Virus record (IMG/VR): IMGVR_UViG_3300034190_001539
Location: 1-64,000 of that record
Direction: 5' to 3' (one strand)
DNA: 64,000 nt
DNA from: a virus
The position numbers and the translations under genes were made by a program. Positions 57,986 through 64,000 of the stretch are shown in pieces. How positions within the stretch are numbered: position 1 is the stretch's first letter; each line of letters begins with the position of its first letter. Under the pieces are notes generated by a model, which was not told the DNA's origin, made no database searches, and worked only from the letters and a program-made list of their open reading frames with translations.

Positions 57986-58512
57986 TATTGTTTCTCCAGT
58001 TCGTTTAAAGCCTTTGTGTATTCTTCTAAGGCTTCGTCAGCCATAGTGTTTATTTGTGTCATATCAATATTCCATTTTTCTTTTTCCAATTCAGGATGAT
58101 TAACACCAACTTGATTATAAAATTCAGGAGCTTTTTGATTTCTAAACTCATTTATTTTTTCTATAGAATCTTTTAGAAATGATATTTTATTCTTCCTAAT
58201 TTTTTCTTCAGCCCATTCATCATATTTGCCAGCTATTCTCATTTTGTTTTCTATTTTTACTTGACAATCAAAACAATGTCCAAATAGTCTCCACATTTTA
58301 TCATCTAAATTTTGTTTCATAACAGAATCACAGTTAGGACAAAACCAAGGCATTCTAACACCCTGCATTAGTTCTGTCATTTTAGGAATAACATCGCCCT
58401 TTTCTTTCTCCTTACCTTTGTAACCAACCATTACTCTTTTATCAGGAGTTCTACCTTTCAGTAAATCACCTAATGCTTTATTCTGTCTTTCTGCTTCTTT
58501 GCTGTATCCCAT
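57985..58512 (-). CDS. Zn-finger hypothetical protein
   Basis: CPNC...HCFDC; GAGG SD. Confidence 0.7.
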   Translation of the reverse strand: MGYSKEAERQNKALGDLLKGRTPDKRVMVGYKGKEKEKGDVIPKMTELMQGVRMPWFCPNCDSVMKQNLDDKMWRLFGHCFDCQVKIENKMRIAGKYDEWAEEKIRKNKISFLKDSIEKINEFRNQKAPEFYNQVGVNHPELEKEKWNIDMTQINTMADEALEEYTKALNELEKQ

Positions 58513-58514
58513 AA

Positions 58515-61500
58515 TTACCTCGTAAACTTTAACATACCTAGTATTTGATTAACAGGTGCAAATGCTCCTGTATATTTGAAAACCTTTCCTTTAAACACAA
58601 AAGTAATACCCTCACTCGGTATAATCTTTTTAAAGCCACCCAAAGCATTTAATCTATCTAATTGAGTTTTTAACATTTCTAATTTAGAAGGATCTTTAGC
58701 TTTTTTTACCTGAGCTATTACTTTTATCAAATCTTTTTTTATTTTTTGTACAGCCTTATCAGGATTAGCTGCTATAAAATCTTTCATATTACTTAGTACC
58801 TCAGCACCTAATTCAAAGAAAAGAACTTCCCAATCTCTTATGTGCTTTTTCTGTAGCTTGGCATGATCGTTTTTATCAGTAGACAATACCCAATCTAAAA
58901 ACTTAGGATAATCCTTTAAGTCTTTTTTAATCTGTGGAATCTTATATGATTTATCAAAGAAAGCCCACCTCTTCAAAAGACCAGCCATAACATTATTTGT
59001 TACATTAGGATTGTCTGTTTGTTTTCCACCATTAAATATATACTCATACCAATATGCCTGATGATAATCTGATAATGTGTCTGTATCTTTTAAATCAAAT
59101 TCTTTTTTTAATTTGTTTAACTTACCTAAAAAGTAACTTTGTCTGGCAGAAAAGTCTTTTACCTTTGGTAGATTAGCAACAAATGGTTGTGTAATCTTAA
59201 ATGCTTTTTGTACATTTTGATTAACTTGCTTTATCATACCAGCCAAAACTCTTGCACTTCCTCTATCTTCCCCTTGCGGAGAACCTGCGGAATCATATTC
59301 TATTGTTCCGTGAAACTGTAATAATGCTTTATCATATGGTATAACATTTACTGTCTTTGGATATATGACTTCTAAAGACATAAACTTTTTACCTTCATCA
59401 AATATTTTATCCTTTTGCGCTTTACTTAATTTACTAACCGCTATCTGTAAATCTCTTATAGCATAAACAAAGGCTTTTTCAATATCACCTCTACCCGCAA
59501 ACATATTTTTAATACCATTAATATCTAATGCGTTAGCACCAAAATTTTTAATATGTCCTTTGTTACGAGCTGCGATAAGTTTATTATTTTTCCAACTTAC
59601 CATTATATTCTGTCCATCTGTTTTTTCAGTAACAGCGCCTTCACTACTAAGATTACCTTGTAATGTATTAATAATTAGTGTTTTAAAATCTGAAAATGTA
59701 AGATTTTTATCGTCAAATGGATGACTTAAATGACCATAAGCTCCGCCCATAAGCAGTAACTCCTTTTCTTTGTTTCTTTGTCTTAGTTTATTTTTACTAT
59801 TTATTTGTTCTTTTAAATCTATTTCATCACCCTCATATGAATCACCATCAGCACCAGCTGCAAATAGAGTACCAATAATATTATCAATTGCTGCTGTACT
59901 TCCCATCCAATTTACTACTTCCCAACCTAATGGTTTTACTACCTGTTCCATCCAATTTTTGTACTTAGTAACTGCCATAGTAGAACCATTTGCTTGTCCA
60001 TGATCTAAATAAGTTAGTGGTACAGATCTATATTGATCTGTTATTGAATTTTTTGCATCGGAACTCAAAACATAATCTAAAACTTTCCAACCGGCATCTT
60101 TGTAAATTGAATCCAACCATTCTTTAGAAGTCTTTTTGTATGTTTCATAATCTGTATAAAATGTGGAAGGACCATCATCTAAGTTTCCAGCAGGTGTGGA
60201 TGATGATTCTAATAAAAATTCTTCAATTAATTCATCCGTCAATATGTATGATTCAAATAACTTTTTGAAATTATTCGTCATCATAGTATACACAGCTTTA
60301 TCATAATATCCAAATGATTTTTTAAATAGTTTTTCTCTGGCGCCATCATCAATTTTAGGATCACCTAATAACTTTCTCATCTGTGTTCCACTTATATTAC
60401 CTGATTTTGGTGCTTGAACAAAATATCCGTGTTCTTCAAAACCCTTTATATCATTCTTATTTTTTTTATAATCTTGATAGTATGATTTACTACCATCTTT
60501 CTTTTTACCACCTTTTAAACGACCAGCATCTTTTTCACCAAAAGCAAAAACAACTGCTGTATTATTACTATTAAATTTTTTCAATAAATTATTTGGAACA
60601 TATGGCGACTTTTCTTTAATGATACGATTTTTTGGAATACCCATTTTAATCATATGTGAAGCTTTTTCTTTAAAGTTCATCGGATGCCGTGGTGGTTGTT
60701 TTATATCAGAAGTTGTTATATAAACATCATCAAAGTTTGATTTCATCCACTTATATGTAGCTAAATGTCCACTATGAAATGGTTGAAATCTTCCACCAAA
60801 TACACCGATTAGTTTTTTATCTTTGTTTTCGTTCAAATTAGATGCACTATCCCCATTATCAACTATAGAATATACAACATTTTCCATATACAAGTCAAGA
60901 CTTTCTTTTATATTTTTTGCTTTTTTATAACCACTACCATATGGAACTGAAGTATTACCTTTCTTCTTCATTTTCTTAACCATCTTACGGCTTGGTGATG
61001 GTAATGTTCCTGCTGGTGCTCCAAATTCTTCATTCTTCTTTTTGGTTTTCTTTTTCATCTTATTTATGTAAGCTCTATAGACAGCTGCTTCCGAACTCTT
61101 GCCCATCTCTTTAGCTCTCTGTTCCATAGCTACAGCAGCTTGTATCTTATGTGCGTGTTTTTTACCACTTCCACTTATCTTACTAACTGATGCTTTAGCA
61201 TCTTTGACTGTAGCAAACTTTAATCCTTTAATTGTTCCTTTTGGATTCTCATCCGTATATAAATCTGAATGAGACTTTGAACCACGATGTTGTCCTTTCT
61301 TACGAGGAACTCTTGGTTCTTCAGATACATTTTTTAAATAATCTTTATCTTTGGCCATTCTAAATTTTACAACTGGCTTTCCATTTATTGTTGGCATTCC
61401 GTGTTTGTCTTTTCCGATATTTTTAACAAATACCTTTTTGTTTTTAAATCTACCCACTTTAATTGTATCACCAACATTTACATCTATCTTTATAGCCTCA

Positions 61501-62303
61501 AAGAAACGAGATTGGCCTGGATCTTTAAATACTTTTTGAAATTTCTTTTCTTTTCTTAACCAAGCTTTTGCTATTTTACTTTTTGGTTTTAATTTCATAA
61601 ATTTATTTATACCCTTATCAACTAACATCTTAAATTTACTTTGTGCTTGTTTAGGGCTAAGAAATTTATTATTACCAACTACCATAAAATTACTCATACC
61701 AAACAAACCTTGAAAAAATGCTAAATTGTTTTGAACATCTTGCCAACTTTGACGAACAATCTTTTCAGGAACAACCCTTGCCCTTTCTTCATTTCTCTGT
61801 AAAGCAACTTCTAAAGAGGTATTGACAAAAACCATAAAACAATCGTAACCCAATGCTTCTAATTTCTGTTTCTTTTCTTTTACAGAACCATATTTGTGTC
61901 CAGTTCCATCTATGATTACACCCAATCTACCATTGGTATATAATCTCAATCTTTCTTTACTTAAAGATTTAGCAAATTTTCTTAAACCGCTTGTATCATA
62001 ATCTACAGGATCGCCATTTCTATCTACACCTGTCAAATCAGCAAACAATTCATCTGGCATAATGTCTAAGTCTGTAGTACCATAATATTTTTTTAATAAC
62101 ATTTCCAATTCAGAATCTTGATTTACCATCTTCAAACCTGTTTTAGAAACATTTATCTTTTCAGGTATACCGAATAATTGAGAAGCTACATATGATTTAC
62201 CACTTCCAGGCCCTCCAGCTAAAAAGATAGCTTTAAATATGCCAGGATCCCTAGCTCCTTCGTTTAGAAATGGTTTTGTTAAAAATTCTGTAAGTTTATC
62301 CAT
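58515..62303 (-). CDS. Multidomain protein: P-loop kinase, small basic modules, HxGH nucleotidyltransferase and KxDG ligase-like domain
   Basis: FLAGGPGSGKS, IIDGTG, ALQRNEER; GGRFQPFHSGH, DAGRL, ISGTQMR; GGAYGHLSHPFD, TEKTDGQN, EGI.F, KYTG.F. Confidence 0.85.
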   Translation of the reverse strand: MDKLTEFLTKPFLNEGARDPGIFKAIFLAGGPGSGKSYVASQLFGIPEKINVSKTGLKMVNQDSELEMLLKKYYGTTDLDIMPDELFADLTGVDRNGDPVDYDTSGLRKFAKSLSKERLRLYTNGRLGVIIDGTGHKYGSVKEKKQKLEALGYDCFMVFVNTSLEVALQRNEERARVVPEKIVRQSWQDVQNNLAFFQGLFGMSNFMVVGNNKFLSPKQAQSKFKMLVDKGINKFMKLKPKSKIAKAWLRKEKKFQKVFKDPGQSRFFEAIKIDVNVGDTIKVGRFKNKKVFVKNIGKDKHGMPTINGKPVVKFRMAKDKDYLKNVSEEPRVPRKKGQHRGSKSHSDLYTDENPKGTIKGLKFATVKDAKASVSKISGSGKKHAHKIQAAVAMEQRAKEMGKSSEAAVYRAYINKMKKKTKKKNEEFGAPAGTLPSPSRKMVKKMKKKGNTSVPYGSGYKKAKNIKESLDLYMENVVYSIVDNGDSASNLNENKDKKLIGVFGGRFQPFHSGHLATYKWMKSNFDDVYITTSDIKQPPRHPMNFKEKASHMIKMGIPKNRIIKEKSPYVPNNLLKKFNSNNTAVVFAFGEKDAGRLKGGKKKDGSKSYYQDYKKNKNDIKGFEEHGYFVQAPKSGNISGTQMRKLLGDPKIDDGAREKLFKKSFGYYDKAVYTMMTNNFKKLFESYILTDELIEEFLLESSSTPAGNLDDGPSTFYTDYETYKKTSKEWLDSIYKDAGWKVLDYVLSSDAKNSITDQYRSVPLTYLDHGQANGSTMAVTKYKNWMEQVVKPLGWEVVNWMGSTAAIDNIIGTLFAAGADGDSYEGDEIDLKEQINSKNKLRQRNKEKELLLMGGAYGHLSHPFDDKNLTFSDFKTLIINTLQGNLSSEGAVTEKTDGQNIMVSWKNNKLIAARNKGHIKNFGANALDINGIKNMFAGRGDIEKAFVYAIRDLQIAVSKLSKAQKDKIFDEGKKFMSLEVIYPKTVNVIPYDKALLQFHGTIEYDSAGSPQGEDRGSARVLAGMIKQVNQNVQKAFKITQPFVANLPKVKDFSARQSYFLGKLNKLKKEFDLKDTDTLSDYHQAYWYEYIFNGGKQTDNPNVTNNVMAGLLKRWAFFDKSYKIPQIKKDLKDYPKFLDWVLSTDKNDHAKLQKKHIRDWEVLFFELGAEVLSNMKDFIAANPDKAVQKIKKDLIKVIAQVKKAKDPSKLEMLKTQLDRLNALGGFKKIIPSEGITFVFKGKVFKYTGAFAPVNQILGMLKFTR

Positions 62304-62320
62304 AATTTCCTATGTTCTTA

Positions 62321-62336
62321 TTCATATATAAATATA
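62321..62336 (-). promoter_or_regulatory. Putative late promoter (sense TATATTTATATATGAA)
   Basis: Exact 16-mer copy about 18 nt upstream of the 1262-aa ORF. Confidence 0.7.
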
Positions 62337-62347
62337 AAGTTTGTGAA

Positions 62348-64000
62348 TTATCCATTATCGGTGAGTGTAGTTTTTAAAGCGTTGAAGTCACCACTACCAC
62401 TTATCTGTGCTTTTAGAGTCTCTACCTGTGAAGATAATTCTTGTATAGCTTTTATCATCGGTGATAGGAATTCATTATATCGTAAACTCAACTCAGGATT
62501 TGGAATAGCAGTAAAGTTTTCCATTTCCCAATCAGCAGTATCTCTTATATCTTTTTCACTTCCACTTACGCTTGCACTAACAAACATTCTATTTTCAACA
62601 TATCCTGCAAAGTTGTCTGTGTGGACAGAGGACTTAGCTAATGAGGAAGAAACTTCTTGTGCTATTAAACCATAATGTGGTCTACCTTCTGACAACCATT
62701 GATACTTTACAGGATTTAAATCATTTATAAAATCTAAACCTAAATCTGAACCACTTATCTGCGTTTTAAGATTTCTATCTGATGTCTGTATCGTTCCATT
62801 TGTAGCTCGAACATCATCCCATCTAAAACTAGAATTACCCAAATCATAAAGATTATCTGTTTGAGGTTGGCAATGACCAAAAACCTCTATTGCTCTAGTT
62901 CCTCTAGGTATTGTGATTTGTTTGTAAAAAGTATTATTGTTCATTGTTCCCAAATGAAAATCATCAGAATCTTCATCATAAACTATTTTTGCTCCGTATT
63001 GTGGAGCACTTACACTAAAAGTACCTGTTTCGTACCAAGTTATACCACTTCCATTGGTTTCAGCGCCGTCTTGAGCCCGAATGCTTATCCAATTTTCGTG
63101 GTTACTTGTTGTGTCACCTAATCTAAGAACTGTGCCAGCTGAGTTTTTAGTAGTTAAGTGGACATAACCAGGAGTATTAGCTGAAGAACCATCGCCGCCT
63201 ACTCCAGGTATTAATTCCACATTTCCACCAGCTGCTTGGCTTAAATAAGAAGCCCCACCTTGTATTCTTACTGAACCACCGGTTCCAATTGGTGCAGTCT
63301 GCCCATTAATTAGAGTAGACACTCCATTATCGGCACCAGAAGCTGAAAGGTGGGTTAATGTTAATTCCGTATCAGCGGCTCTGGGTCTTAGTTGGTCTCC
63401 TAAAAAAGCATTACCAGTTCCTGTCGCAGTAACAGTACTACCAACTATAGCGTTTGCAGCTAGCTGATTTTTACAACTAACAGAACCAGAGATTTGAAGT
63501 GGATTTGCATTGCTAGTGTCATAATAAAATATTTGATAAGCATCCTTTACATCATCGTAACCGATAGACAATTTATTAACACTACCACTAACCCATTTTA
63601 CATAACCATCACCAAATTGTTCATCCCACATCAAAGAACTTCTCATTCTTCCTTGTGGTGCCATTTTGAAAGATTGTGCTACTGTTACACCGTTAGCTAT
63701 AACATCTCCTGATAAGTAATTGGTAGGGTCATTAGTATCATCAGATAATTTAAAATTTTCTGTATATATTGGTATACCCTCTGGCAAACCTAAAACACTG
63801 CAAACTTTTGAACCCCAAAATGTGTAAGATTTAAGACCACCATTTGTAGTGGTTTCTGTATCAGTAAAAGTTATACTACCTGTATGTGGTTCTGTAAAGG
63901 AGGCTGAGATATAGTCTATACCCATAGTTCCTGCATTAGAGTTTGCATAAAATTTAGAAGCATGCATGCTGACAGCTTCTTCACTTTGAATATAAGGACT
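62348..64000 (-). CDS. Tail fibre with C-terminal peptidase S74 chaperone (5'-partial)
   Basis: YDLG...RW...TSDRNLKTQI...LNPVKY...HYGLIAQEV...LRYNEFLSPMIKAIQEL; frame stays open from ATG 63967 to the window edge (SPYIQSEEAVS). Confidence 0.85.
   Translation of the reverse strand, partial: SPYIQSEEAVSMHASKFYANSNAGTMGIDYISASFTEPHTGSITFTDTETTTNGGLKSYTFWGSKVCSVLGLPEGIPIYTENFKLSDDTNDPTNYLSGDVIANGVTVAQSFKMAPQGRMRSSLMWDEQFGDGYVKWVSGSVNKLSIGYDDVKDAYQIFYYDTSNANPLQISGSVSCKNQLAANAIVGSTVTATGTGNAFLGDQLRPRAADTELTLTHLSASGADNGVSTLINGQTAPIGTGGSVRIQGGASYLSQAAGGNVELIPGVGGDGSSANTPGYVHLTTKNSAGTVLRLGDTTSNHENWISIRAQDGAETNGSGITWYETGTFSVSAPQYGAKIVYDEDSDDFHLGTMNNNTFYKQITIPRGTRAIEVFGHCQPQTDNLYDLGNSSFRWDDVRATNGTIQTSDRNLKTQISGSDLGLDFINDLNPVKYQWLSEGRPHYGLIAQEVSSSLAKSSVHTDNFAGYVENRMFVSASVSGSEKDIRDTADWEMENFTAIPNPELSLRYNEFLSPMIKAIQELSSQVETLKAQISGSGDFNALKTTLTDNG

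Noticed and set aside
1-64000. tRNA, rRNA, integrase, transposase or diversity-generating retroelement
   Set aside because: Intergenic gaps are short and show no cloverleaf; no such protein motifs, reverse transcriptase or adenine-specific TR/VR pair were seen by eye.
1-64000. Alternative genetic code (stop codon reassignment)
   Set aside because: Known genes are full length under code 11, and TAA, TAG and TGA all serve as stops at sensible gene ends.

Overview
AT-rich fragment of a large T4-like (contractile-tailed) phage genome, with all credible genes on the minus strand. In transcription order (right to left) it holds: a partial S74-chaperone tail fibre; a 1262-aa kinase/HxGH-nucleotidyltransferase/ligase-like multidomain protein; TerL; portal; small putative head-internal proteins; prohead protease; ribosomal protein bS21; scaffold; major capsid protein; neck and tail-completion proteins; a 2704-aa fibre carrying about 1,950 residues of Gly-X-Thr repeat; a five-gene, ~11 kb glycan-modification cluster (Aah/TibC-like protein O-glycosyltransferase, FkbM-type methyltransferase, three carbamoyltransferases, GT9-like plus sulfotransferase, GT2 plus DUF5672); sheath; tube; tail-assembly chaperone pair; tape measure; baseplate genes; ThyX; a 2OG-Fe(II) oxygenase; and a short family A DNA polymerase. 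The best candidate for an undescribed system is phage self-glycosylation of the virion: the protein O-glycosyltransferase and sugar-tailoring enzymes sit next to a huge Thr-rich fibre, and an [S/T]-[G/A]-S tripeptide recurs in outer virion proteins. Other candidates are protease-cleaved polyproteins of head-packaged cargo, a TATTTATA late-promoter-like motif, a structured leader that could hide the scaffold SD, and two possible recoding sites. All family assignments come from motif recognition by eye; no database searches were run.
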